Assembly (NCBI GenBank): GCA_012557565.1
Contig: GCA_012557565.1_3926.1
From: a phage
Length of the DNA: 64,000 nt
Reading direction: 5' to 3' (one strand)
Shown here: positions 9,013 through 17,612 of the stretch, piece by piece
How positions within the stretch are numbered: position 1 is the first letter of the stretch
Layout: every line of letters begins with the position of its first letter
Translations under genes and position numbers: made by a program
Notes under the pieces: generated by a model
The model's input: the letters and a program-made list of their open reading frames with translations, nothing else
Databases searched by the model: none
What the model was told of the DNA's origin: nothing

Positions 9013-9525
9013 ATGAAAACCACTGATGCTATTTTTGAAGTTGTAAAAGAAAAATACACCATTATTTATGCAGCAGTTAATTTCTATGAGCCTTCCCATT
9101 GTGTGGATAACTGGCAATTTACTGATGAGCATAAAGGAGGGATTACAATCAAAGTTAAGAATGCAGAACGTAACAGCTACAAATATGCAATCCCTACGCA
9201 TTACCCACTTTCACAGCTTGCCAGTGACTACGCAAAACAGGGAAGGGATAACCCATCATTGGAAGCTTACAAGAGCTTACAGGATGAGCTAGAAAGGGAT
9301 TTAGAAGCTAATAGTTATATCTTGTATGCCTCAGTAATTGACGCTGAAGGGAACACGGTTTTAAATAGTTTTTCTCTTGCGTACTCTTTTGATTGGTGCT
9401 ATCTTGACGGGGAAGATTTAGAGACACGTTTAGAAGAGGAAGTGTCGAACTCTGACGGGGAGACTGAAGTGATGGAACGTTTAGAAGCCTTGAAAGATTC
9501 AGTTATGAATATCTTTAATATCTAA
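9013..9525 (+). CDS. hypothetical early protein with acidic C-terminus
   Basis: 170-aa ORF behind conserved leader. Confidence 0.6.
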   Translation: MKTTDAIFEVVKEKYTIIYAAVNFYEPSHCVDNWQFTDEHKGGITIKVKNAERNSYKYAIPTHYPLSQLASDYAKQGRDNPSLEAYKSLQDELERDLEANSYILYASVIDAEGNTVLNSFSLAYSFDWCYLDGEDLETRLEEEVSNSDGETEVMERLEALKDSVMNIFNI

Positions 9526-9608
9526 AAGTGCTTTACATGGGGTTATCAAGTTGATAAGATAGCCCCAGATAAAGAGCTTTACCAACAATCCTAAACTGGA
9601 GAATCAAA

Positions 9609-9905
9609 ATGTTTATTGCCGCAAACGTTAGAACTAAATTAAGCCAACTATTAAACAACATTCAATTCATTGAATCTATGCGCCGTCAATCTGAAGCTGT
9701 AGAGTGGTATCATGGAAAGATTAACAAAAAAGAAGTAATAGTTTGTGTATGGAACTTTTGTAGAGAATACAAAAAGCCGTTGCTTCAGGTTGATATCTAT
9801 GATAACACTAACAAGTCATCGATTAAGACCACTAGAGATATGATTGATTCATATGAAATTAGTCACACTGGAAAATTATTTCACAAAGGCGTAAACAAAT
9901 GTTAA
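9609..9905 (+). CDS. hypothetical early protein
   Basis: 98-aa ORF behind conserved leader. Confidence 0.6.
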   Translation: MFIAANVRTKLSQLLNNIQFIESMRRQSEAVEWYHGKINKKEVIVCVWNFCREYKKPLLQVDIYDNTNKSSIKTTRDMIDSYEISHTGKLFHKGVNKC

Positions 9906-10246
9906 TCACATATACAGCTATTTTTATCTCTATTGTGGCGCTCTATAAAGCCTTTAAAGCGCATCAGTTAGCTAATAAGGCAATCACAAGGGATTTAAAA
10001 ATAAACCTTGTAAGGGGCTTTATAGAGCGTTTAAGCTTGGAACAATTGAAACGTTTAGAGATGAGCTTTCGATTTAAAGCGGAGACATACAGAATCGACA
10101 ACATTCTAGCAGGTGATTTTAAGCTAATTAGTGATTATGACATACTGTTAGAAGCAATTCAAGATATAAATTTAAAAGATTATTACATCGTAATAGCTCA
10201 AGAAATTAATAAAAAAGAGCTTGCAATGAAAAACCAAAACAAGTAA
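9899..10246 (+). CDS. hypothetical membrane protein
   Basis: 115-aa ORF with N-terminal hydrophobic helix; start overlaps upstream stop; 3' end carries promoter-like TTGCAA...TAAAGT. Confidence 0.5.
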   Translation: MLITYTAIFISIVALYKAFKAHQLANKAITRDLKINLVRGFIERLSLEQLKRLEMSFRFKAETYRIDNILAGDFKLISDYDILLEAIQDINLKDYYIVIAQEINKKELAMKNQNK

Positions 10247-10311
10247 AGTATTTATCAACGGGGAGGGAAAACTCCCCCACTAAGCAAAATTCCTAAACTG
10301 GAGAATCTAAA

Positions 10312-10584
10312 ATGTATACAACTAACAATGGTCATACCCTTAATGTAACTCTAAAGCACTATGTAGACGGTGTATTGAACTTTGAAGAGTTAAGAGCAGA
10401 ACAGCATTTATTAGACTGGCAAGTAGCAGGACTGCAAAAAACTGCTACGGGGTACGGTACAAAAATTCCTACATCTTGGAAAGTACGCTATTTAGGAAAG
10501 TTACGAAGAATTTATCAAGATGTTTATAGCAATAGTGGTGTAAGTTACATTATTGTTAACGGTAAAAAGTTGTATTTAGTCTAA
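10312..10584 (+). CDS. hypothetical early protein
   Basis: 90-aa ORF behind conserved leader. Confidence 0.6.
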   Translation: MYTTNNGHTLNVTLKHYVDGVLNFEELRAEQHLLDWQVAGLQKTATGYGTKIPTSWKVRYLGKLRRIYQDVYSNSGVSYIIVNGKKLYLV

Positions 10585-10672
10585 TAAATTGCTTTACATG
10601 GGGTTATCAGGTTGATAAGATAGCCCCAGATAAAGAGATTTATCTGACACTAACCTAAACTGGAGAATCAAA

Positions 10673-11080
10673 ATGACTACTATTAATCATAAAGAAGTTG
10701 CAATTCTGAAAGCACGTTTGACTATTAACCGTATCAACATTGTCACATCAGCAGCACCAGATGAAACATTGCATAATATTATTGGTAAAATTCAGGGTGT
10801 AGTAGTAGATGTAAAACAGATTAAAGAAGCTTTACAAGACGTAGCAGCGGGGGCTATAATTGACGGCGCACAATATGAAATGCAGGAAATGCTTTCAAAA
10901 TCTAGAGTAATGAATAAAGAATTAGACTTGAAGATGTTTCGATTTGCTGTTAAAGTATGGCTATGTGTTGATTTTGATGCTAACTTTGCAATAGCTGATT
11001 TCTTTGCTACATGGTTACAGCGTAATTTACCATCAGAAAAATTTCGTGAAATTTGCGATGCAATTTATTCAGAAATTTGA
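10673..11080 (+). CDS. hypothetical early protein
   Basis: 135-aa ORF behind conserved leader. Confidence 0.6.
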   Translation: MTTINHKEVAILKARLTINRINIVTSAAPDETLHNIIGKIQGVVVDVKQIKEALQDVAAGAIIDGAQYEMQEMLSKSRVMNKELDLKMFRFAVKVWLCVDFDANFAIADFFATWLQRNLPSEKFREICDAIYSEI

Positions 11081-11161
11081 TTGACACTGCAAAAACATAG
11101 TAGTAAAGTACACATCAACGGGGCAAGCAAGCCCCAACAATCCTAAACTGGAGAATCTAAA

Positions 11162-11719
11162 ATGAAATGCTTTCATGGTACTACTCAAGAAAACTTTTTA
11201 AACCTTATCAATGGCGGTGAAAAACCATCAGGGGCTTGGAATTGCTCTGATATGGATGGATGTTTTTACGTGTACCCTGTTAATAAGTTCTATGATGTAG
11301 AAAGTTTAGACGACGAACAAATCACAAACGAAGGTATTAGAAACGCGCTTGATAGCGCAAGCATTACAGCAGCGTATCAAATGAAGTCTCAAAAACTTGT
11401 TATCTTGGAACTTGACATTCCAGAGGAAGATTTACAAGATGACTGGAGTTGTGAGAATATGAGCGACGTTGCAAGCTTTACAGAATACTTTGATAAGGCA
11501 TGGATTAAAAAGATTTACACAACTGAATTTAACGCTATGTTTTCACCTTTCTTTGTTCCTAATCTGAATAACAAAAATTTGGGGTATATGCCTGACGAAC
11601 TACACAACATTGCAACAATGGTACAGCGTAGCGATGAAATGAATAATGTGTATATAGATATCTATGAATCTATGCACGAAAACGTAGCAGAAACGGCTTT
11701 AAGCGATTTAACAGCATAA
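11162..11719 (+). CDS. hypothetical early protein (acidic)
   Basis: 185-aa ORF behind conserved leader. Confidence 0.6.
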   Translation: MKCFHGTTQENFLNLINGGEKPSGAWNCSDMDGCFYVYPVNKFYDVESLDDEQITNEGIRNALDSASITAAYQMKSQKLVILELDIPEEDLQDDWSCENMSDVASFTEYFDKAWIKKIYTTEFNAMFSPFFVPNLNNKNLGYMPDELHNIATMVQRSDEMNNVYIDIYESMHENVAETALSDLTA

Positions 11720-11782
11720 ACTATAGAATCGTACCAGTTAACTAGAAAATCCCCGCATAGGGGCTTACAAGAGGCTTAAATA

Positions 11783-12013
11783 ATGCTTACAACAATCTAT
11801 CTTATCCTGTCTATTTGCAACGGCTCACAATGTGACTTCAAAGGATTAGAAGAGTTTACAGGAAGCGAAAACAATGCTATTGTAGCATGTCAGATAGCAA
11901 GGCAAGACTATCCCACATCGGATGATATACAGTGTTACTATAAATCAGAAGATGAGGAGGGGATTTACTTTGATAGTGTGAATGGTGAATATGAAATTCT
12001 TATTGAAAAGTAG
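11783..12013 (+). CDS. hypothetical small secreted/lipoprotein-like protein
   Basis: 76-aa ORF with N-terminal hydrophobic segment MLTTIYLILSICNGSQC; own SD AAGAGG; different leader. Confidence 0.45.
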   Translation: MLTTIYLILSICNGSQCDFKGLEEFTGSENNAIVACQIARQDYPTSDDIQCYYKSEDEEGIYFDSVNGEYEILIEK

Positions 12014-12100
12014 TTGACACTGGAAACGCAAACAAGTAAAGTATTTATCAACGGGGAGGGAATGACCTTCCCCAACAATCCTAAACTGGAGAATCTAAAA

Positions 12101-12442
12101 ATGGCATACGTAACAATTATCACTGATAAAGAAAACTCTTCTTGGTCTACACAAGTAAACGACAAAATGACACCTATGCAATGCCTCAAATACTTTGAGC
12201 AATGGAACAGGGGGGAAGATGTAAGTCCTTTCCAAGTAATGCAGGTTGTGCATGTTGACAATGAAGGGAACAAAACTACACTTAACACTGAATACTATGC
12301 TACACGTTTTGATACTCGCAAAGAAGCTATGCGGGAACTAAGAGAAAAGGGCTATAGTCACATTGCCGCTTTGATTTGGTCTGATTTGCTTAAAAAACAA
12401 GCATTAACCTATGTCAAGCCAGAAAAAATCTTTATAAGCTAA
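12101..12442 (+). CDS. hypothetical early protein (start trimmed from track 12014 to the leader ATG)
   Basis: Track ORF runs through the promoter and leader; the ATG at 12101 sits immediately behind the conserved leader. Confidence 0.55.
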   Translation: MAYVTIITDKENSSWSTQVNDKMTPMQCLKYFEQWNRGEDVSPFQVMQVVHVDNEGNKTTLNTEYYATRFDTRKEAMRELREKGYSHIAALIWSDLLKKQALTYVKPEKIFIS

Positions 12443-12640
12443 TCAATGACTTACAAAAATCTTTGAAAAAACTGTTGACAATACCCCTTGACATTGATAG
12501 ATTTGTTCGAGGGGGTTTATCTAAAGGGATTCACTTAAAAGATTCTTTATAGATAAGCTGAAAATTCTCTTGCAATGGGTTATCAAAATCTGTATAGTTT
12601 CAATCAAGCAATGAAACAATCCTAAACTGGAGAATCTAAG

Positions 12641-12778
12641 ATGTTAGAAGTCATTAAAAACCCTATCTTGTGTGGAATGATTGTATCTTTCGTTATTCCT
12701 TTTGGTCTTCTGATAGCAAGTGAAATTCAAGATTATTTCTTCAATAAAAAGCTTGCAATGACCAACAAAAACAAGTAA
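12641..12778 (+). CDS. hypothetical small membrane peptide (45 aa, not in ORF track)
   Basis: Conserved leader immediately upstream; hydrophobic core; C-terminus resembles that of ORF 9899-10246. Confidence 0.45.
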   Translation: MLEVIKNPILCGMIVSFVIPFGLLIASEIQDYFFNKKLAMTNKNK

Positions 12779-12840
12779 AGTACTTATCAACGGGGAAGGA
12801 TAGGACTTCCCCACTAAATCCTAAACTGGAGAATCTAAAA

Positions 12841-13368
12841 ATGAATAAGTTTCAAGCTATCAATCATATCCGTTCCAATGCCGTGATGAGCAAGCCAGTA
12901 AAAGACACTTTCGAATTTCGCTGCAATGACAAGTTGTTTGCAGTCATTACGAAAGGGGAGGATAAAAAATATTATGTACATCGCCAAAACGTTAAGGTAG
13001 TAACAGCAGATAACTTTATGCAAGCTGTTGCAACAATCCTCCCTGATTTTATGGCACTAGTCGCAGAACTTTGTGAACATTGCATCAAATCATCAAAAGA
13101 AGAGTTAAACCGCTTTAAAATGGCTTATGAGCGCTCTATCAAGTCCCATAACATGTATATCATGCCGTTGGCACATGGGATTATGGCGATGGGTACAGGT
13201 TGCCACCCTTGCAAGCTTTACGACGTAGAAAACATCTATCTAAGCGAGACAAAAGACAGTGATTTTAACTTACAGTTAGGGCAAGCATTGAATGATATGA
13301 TTAAACTACACGAAAAATCTGTAAAAGATATGGAAAAAGAGCTTGACGAAATCATCAGAACTCTATAA
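12841..13368 (+). CDS. hypothetical early protein
   Basis: 175-aa ORF behind conserved leader. Confidence 0.6.
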   Translation: MNKFQAINHIRSNAVMSKPVKDTFEFRCNDKLFAVITKGEDKKYYVHRQNVKVVTADNFMQAVATILPDFMALVAELCEHCIKSSKEELNRFKMAYERSIKSHNMYIMPLAHGIMAMGTGCHPCKLYDVENIYLSETKDSDFNLQLGQALNDMIKLHEKSVKDMEKELDEIIRTL

Positions 13369-13427
13369 AGTACTCATCAACGGGGAGGGAATGACCTTCC
13401 CCAACAATCCTAAACTGGAGACTAGAA

Positions 13428-13691
13428 ATGAATAACGCAGAAATCACTATCCTGTTACAGATTGGTACTGACAAAGAAGATATCCAACTTTGCAAACGTA
13501 TAGAAAGTGACTGGTTTAACGGTGAAATCATCGCAGAATCTTATGAAGTAGTTGGATTCATGAATGGTGAAATTGTAAGCCATTTCGGTTTAACTAAATC
13601 TGAAGCCGTTGCAAAGTATGACGTTTTATCTTGTGAGATTCTTACAAAATACAATGAAAAAAGACTTGCAACTTATGCAGCAATGAATTAA
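13428..13691 (+). CDS. hypothetical early protein
   Basis: 87-aa ORF behind conserved leader. Confidence 0.6.
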   Translation: MNNAEITILLQIGTDKEDIQLCKRIESDWFNGEIIAESYEVVGFMNGEIVSHFGLTKSEAVAKYDVLSCEILTKYNEKRLATYAAMN

Positions 13692-13756
13692 TATTACTTT
13701 CAACGGGGAGGGAATGACCTTCCCCACTAAACAACCCTAAACTGGAGACTTAAAAG

Positions 13757-13933
13757 ATGAATTTTGAACAGCGTATGATTGCAAAATTTGGTGCTAAACG
13801 TTGGGAAGAAATGAAAAAAGAGCATGAAGAAAAGAAAAATGAAGAGATGGTAGTCATCACTGGTACAGACTTGTTAAATCATTCAGTTACTAACTACATC
13901 ATTTCCGGTAACTCTTACAAGAAAGTGATTTAA
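13757..13933 (+). CDS. hypothetical small protein (58 aa, not in ORF track)
   Basis: Conserved leader variant upstream; hand-translated MNFEQRMIAKFGAKRWEEMKK... Confidence 0.4.
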   Translation: MNFEQRMIAKFGAKRWEEMKKEHEEKKNEEMVVITGTDLLNHSVTNYIISGNSYKKVI

Positions 13934-14009
13934 AGTATTGACAAGGGGGCTTCAAAGCCCCTACTATAGAGACTCAATAAACAATAATCCTAAACTGGAG
14001 ATTCTAAAA

Positions 14010-14258
14010 ATGGCAACTATCCGCGCAACTGTTAACAATTTTGGTTTTTATGCTCTGGACGTTAAGTTTGACATGGTAAACACTGGAAATGCTTTTGATA
14101 TGGTTGATATGTGTCTGAAAGCAACTGTGAAAGAATACAACCCTGCTGAATGGTTCTGGAAAGAAACGAAAGAGGAGATTTTAGCAAATGGCGTTTTATC
14201 TTACTATTGGGGCGATTCTCTTATCTCTATCTATTACGATAAAGAAGGCCGCAACTAA
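14010..14258 (+). CDS. hypothetical early protein (start trimmed from track 13938)
   Basis: ATG at 14010 behind conserved leader; promoter with hairpin in spacer at about 13938-13970. Confidence 0.55.
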   Translation: MATIRATVNNFGFYALDVKFDMVNTGNAFDMVDMCLKATVKEYNPAEWFWKETKEEILANGVLSYYWGDSLISIYYDKEGRN

Positions 14259-14300
14259 CAAGACGCCGCAACGGGGCAAATAGCCCCAGACACCTTTACA

Positions 14301-14321
14301 GCCCCTTCAATGGGGCTTTTT
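14301..14321 (+). terminator. rho-independent terminator ending the early array
   Basis: GCCCC-TTCAAT-GGGGC hairpin followed by TTTTT. Confidence 0.6.
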
Positions 14322-14699
14322 GACGTCTATACAGAACCCTTCCTAGAATCTTACCAGACCTTTAGAATAATAACTCTATAGCTTACTCTATATCATCTTA
14401 TCAAGTCAACTAACTTTTCCCTTAAATATAAGCCCATAACCCGAAAGGGAAGGGCAATCCCTAAAACGCCCTAAAACGCTCTATACGGGCTTATCATCTC
14501 ATCTTAAGCAATCATATTAACCACTTCTTAAAAGCCCTTTATAGAGCTTTCTAGAGCCTTAAAAGAATCTTATAAGGGGTATAAGCTTTATTATCTCGTT
14601 AGTATCTTGTGAATAGTTAAACAGGGGCTTGATAATAGCTTCAAAGTATGCTATGGAGTCTAAAAAGAGCTTAAAAGTAACGTAAAAGTTAGCCCCCTT

Positions 14700-15200
14700 T
14701 ACATTCTCTTAACAAAATCTTAACAAATGCAACATAGTTATGCTTGTTAGCCCCTTGTTAAATCCTTGTTAGTGGTATGTTAAGAGCTTGTTAGACACTT
14801 TGAAGTCCCTGTATAAGCCCCTGTAAAGGGCTATAAAGAGCTATATAGTCAGTTGGGCTATAGATACTAGTAAGAACCTTAGAAGAGGTCACACAGAGCT
14901 ATACAGGGCTTTTAAGAGGTATGTTTAGAGAATCACTGAGAGGGATAGGGAACGATAAGAGAAGAGATAGTGACCATGTTAATAGATTGTTAAACATGTT
15001 AAGAACTTAATAGACACTTGTTAATAATCTTAACAAAATAACTTTTAAATTTAACATGTTAGGGACTTGTTAGCATCTTGTTAGAACCTTGTAAGAACTG
15101 TTAAGCACTTGTTACACCCTTGTTAGTTCTGTTAAGAAACTGTTAAGAACTTTAGAGACTTGTTAGGGACTTGTTAGAGTTGTAAAGAAATTGTTAATGA
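14700..15200. repeat. cluster of short phased repeats (CTTGTTAG / CTGTTAAG and inverse TTAACAA), about 10-12 bp apart
   Basis: 15 or more copies of TTGTTA(G/A) or TGTTAAG, densest at 15055-15180; no ORF over 60 aa. Confidence 0.7.
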
Positions 15201-15265
15201 TATTTTAAGATTTTGCAAAGGGGATGTTACAGGGCTGTTAAGGGCTACTAAGCAGATATACATCC

Positions 15266-15289
15266 ATGAGGTAGATTCTACCGAATCCA
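15266..15289. repeat. 24-bp element ATGAGGTAGATTCTACCGAATCCA, copy 1
   Basis: Near-identical second copy at 15889-15912; each contains an internal palindrome. Confidence 0.6.
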
Positions 15290-15589
15290 CTAGTAGATAT
15301 TTTTCAGATTCTCCCAAGAACCTAAAAAGTGACCTACCTAGTCTATTTTATAAAAATTTTATAGAACTGAATAACTATCTATACACTATCTTATATAAAA
15401 CAGGAATTAACAGGCTTATAAGATATCTTGTTAGTAACGTGTTAGACCTTGTAGGATAAGCCTTAGAAGGGAATACCTGTTTAGTGTTATATAACAGTCT
15501 ATATAGAGGCTTAGTAATCCCTAGTGATTCTGCTATATAGGGTACTATCTTGGACATAATGGGTTACTGTTAAGTAACACAGATAACCT

Positions 15590-15790
15590 AGAGATTAAGA
15601 TGGGTATAGGGGCTTCTAAGGGGCTAGGAAGAGGTTAGGAAGGTGATTGTATAGGGTTGATTAATGGTAGGCTTAGAAGGCTTTATAGAGGGCTATATAG
15701 AGAGCACTATTTAGGGACTAAGAGGCTATATAGATACTATATAATACTATATAGAGATGATGCTTAGAGAGGGTGTTTAGAAGGGTATAG
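15590..15790. repeat. second short-repeat cluster (GGCTATATAGAG-like and CTTAGAAGG-like motifs)
   Basis: Repeated CTATATAG and TTAGAAGG words; further copies near 14840, 15461, 15500, 15530. Confidence 0.6.
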
Positions 15791-15888
15791 ATATTTTATC
15801 ACATATCATGGTGACCCAAGATGAACGGAGTGAATCCCAAATTTTATAAAAATATAAATTTCGTAAATTTTACTCAATAAAAACCCCT

Positions 15889-15912
15889 ATGAGATAGATT
15901 CTATCGAATCCA
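15889..15912. repeat. 24-bp element ATGAGATAGATTCTATCGAATCCA, copy 2
   Basis: Matches copy 1 at 22 of 24 positions; lies just beyond the 3' end of minus-strand CDS 15933-16604. Confidence 0.6.
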
Positions 15913-15932
15913 TTTTAAGGGGCTGTATAGTC

Positions 15933-16604
15933 TTACATCAATTCACTAAGCATGGCTTGCAATGAAGTTTTAGAAGTCTGGAAGAAGTGTGTGAACCCAT
16001 TATGACGTTCTCTTACCTGAATCATTATCTGGTCACCCTTAATCGGGTGTGAACTAATATGGTATTCATTCATGTTCAGTACAACACCCAAACCATCTAT
16101 AATGTGTCTGAGTATGTCATATTCAACAAATTCTTCTTTACCTGTGACCTTGATACAAACACCTTTGTTGGTTCTCTTAGGGTTTATATCTTCCATAACC
16201 AGCATTTGTTGTCCACCAAGAGAAATCATAGAGAACTCTTTACGGTTCTGCTGCTTAACATACATCTCAAGTTTCTTCAAAGTATCTTCAAAGAACGGAT
16301 AAGATTTCTTGACAAAGATACCTTCAAGTGGCTCTTTACCTGAATCTTCTCGTTCCATCTTAAGTCGATTAACAAGTAATTCTAAAGACCACTTCTCACT
16401 TTCATCAAGATATGTATTGATATCATCTAGACTCAGTACCAGATACTTTCTTTCAAGTTCAAACTTTTTCATCTCTATCAAATCCTTAAAACATTTCTTA
16501 GTAATTGCTTCCCATTCTTCGGAGTTCTTTCTCTTCCTCTTCAGATGGGGAACCATATCTGTTAAGTTCTTCCAACTCTTCTTCAGTAGGTGTCCCATAA
16601 TCAC
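15933..16604 (-). CDS. hypothetical protein
   Basis: 223-aa ORF; last gene of the minus-strand block. Confidence 0.55.
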   Translation of the reverse strand: MIMGHLLKKSWKNLTDMVPHLKRKRKNSEEWEAITKKCFKDLIEMKKFELERKYLVLSLDDINTYLDESEKWSLELLVNRLKMEREDSGKEPLEGIFVKKSYPFFEDTLKKLEMYVKQQNRKEFSMISLGGQQMLVMEDINPKRTNKGVCIKVTGKEEFVEYDILRHIIDGLGVVLNMNEYHISSHPIKGDQIMIQVRERHNGFTHFFQTSKTSLQAMLSELM

Positions 16605-17086
16605 ATCTTAAGTTTGAAAGTATTTTTACCATTGACCTGAATATACCCATCATTTTCAACTATCCAGTGTGCGGTTGAGAATGCACTATATGCGTTTGCT
16701 TCACCATAACCAATAAACTTACCATTACACCCACTTTCAATAAGTATTGTACCTACTGGTTCACCTGTACCAATGGTTTCTACAATATAGAGTGTGTTTA
16801 GCTTTATGGAGCTATCTTCAGTCTCTTCTTTGAAGCGTTCAGGTAGAGACATATCAAGCCCTTCAGTTATTACAGATTGCATGTAAGCTTCTGAACACTC
16901 CCAGATAAAGCTATGAAGAAGAACCTTTGCAGCATGTCTTGAACAACCAAATTCTGCAACGATATCTTTATACATATCATCTTTAGTTCCATTGTTTAGT
17001 AAAGCTTTACGTACCACATCTTTAACATTCTTCATCGTTCCAATCCTCATCTCTCTCGATTTGAAATTCTTCAGGTAACTCTGCAA
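16601..17086 (-). CDS. hypothetical protein
   Basis: 161-aa ORF, 4-nt overlap with downstream gene. Confidence 0.55.
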   Translation of the reverse strand: MQSYLKNFKSREMRIGTMKNVKDVVRKALLNNGTKDDMYKDIVAEFGCSRHAAKVLLHSFIWECSEAYMQSVITEGLDMSLPERFKEETEDSSIKLNTLYIVETIGTGEPVGTILIESGCNGKFIGYGEANAYSAFSTAHWIVENDGYIQVNGKNTFKLKM

Positions 17087-17318
17087 CTGCTTTCAAGTAA
17101 TAAGCTTCTTGGATGCTGCAAAGGTCTTCGTAACCACCATTCATAAGCCAGTTATAACCTTGTGGCACACCTTTTTCATCACAGAATCCAGTATAGAACA
17201 TTGCTTTATGAATCATGTTAAGTGGTTTGTAAGCAACTTCCACAATATAGAAGGTATTGTCTTTCCAACCACCTTCTGGTGGATGAATACCCTTCACGCC
17301 TCTACTTTCTGGTGTCAT
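17022..17318 (-). CDS. hypothetical protein
   Basis: 98-aa ORF. Confidence 0.45.
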   Translation of the reverse strand: MTPESRGVKGIHPPEGGWKDNTFYIVEVAYKPLNMIHKAMFYTGFCDEKGVPQGYNWLMNGGYEDLCSIQEAYYLKAVAELPEEFQIERDEDWNDEEC

Positions 17319-17332
17319 AAAATTTCCTCAAT

Positions 17333-17352
17333 AAAAGGGGCTGTTACACCCC
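17333..17352 (-). terminator. rho-independent terminator (minus strand)
   Basis: GGGGTGTAACAGCCCC hairpin followed by T-tract on the minus strand. Confidence 0.45.
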
Positions 17353-17359
17353 TTCGAAA

Positions 17360-17542
17360 TTACTCTTTATCTTTCTTAGCAGATTTCTTCTTAGCCGTTG
17401 CTGCAATAGCAAGGTCTACAAGTTGCGCTAAGTCAGCTTTCAGAACCGTTACAGGTTGTTCGTTGTAGAATCCTTTGTCAAGGTATTCTTTGAACTCTTC
17501 TAAGGTTTCAAATCCAAAAGGTTTGATAGGTGTTCTAATCAT
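17360..17542 (-). CDS. hypothetical small Lys-rich protein
   Basis: 60-aa ORF. Confidence 0.4.
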   Translation of the reverse strand: MIRTPIKPFGFETLEEFKEYLDKGFYNEQPVTVLKADLAQLVDLAIAATAKKKSAKKDKE

Positions 17543-17612
17543 TTACCCTCCGAGATATCTTTTAAGATTTTCTGGTTAATCATTTCCGCAATAGCATAGC
17601 GGATACAAACTA

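Larger units (their letters stand above)
7700..14012 (+). repeat. array of at least 14 copies of a conserved ~30-nt 5' leader (consensus near CAATCCTAAACTGGAGAATCTAAAATG), each preceded by a promoter and/or stem-loop
   Basis: Copies end at the ATGs at 7733, 8198, 8664, 9013, 9609, 10312, 10673, 11162, 12101, 12641, 12841, 13428, 13757, 14010. Confidence 0.8.

Noticed and set aside
12014-12100. Extended N-termini of track ORFs 12014, 13938, 29261, 30194, 61399 and the TTG start at 31600
   Set aside because: The extensions read through promoters, conserved leaders or tRNA genes; internal ATGs with an SD or leader were preferred.
14700-15200. CRISPR array or tandem satellite
   Set aside because: Repeats are 7-8 bp words at irregular 10-12 bp spacing in both orientations, not a regular repeat-spacer array.
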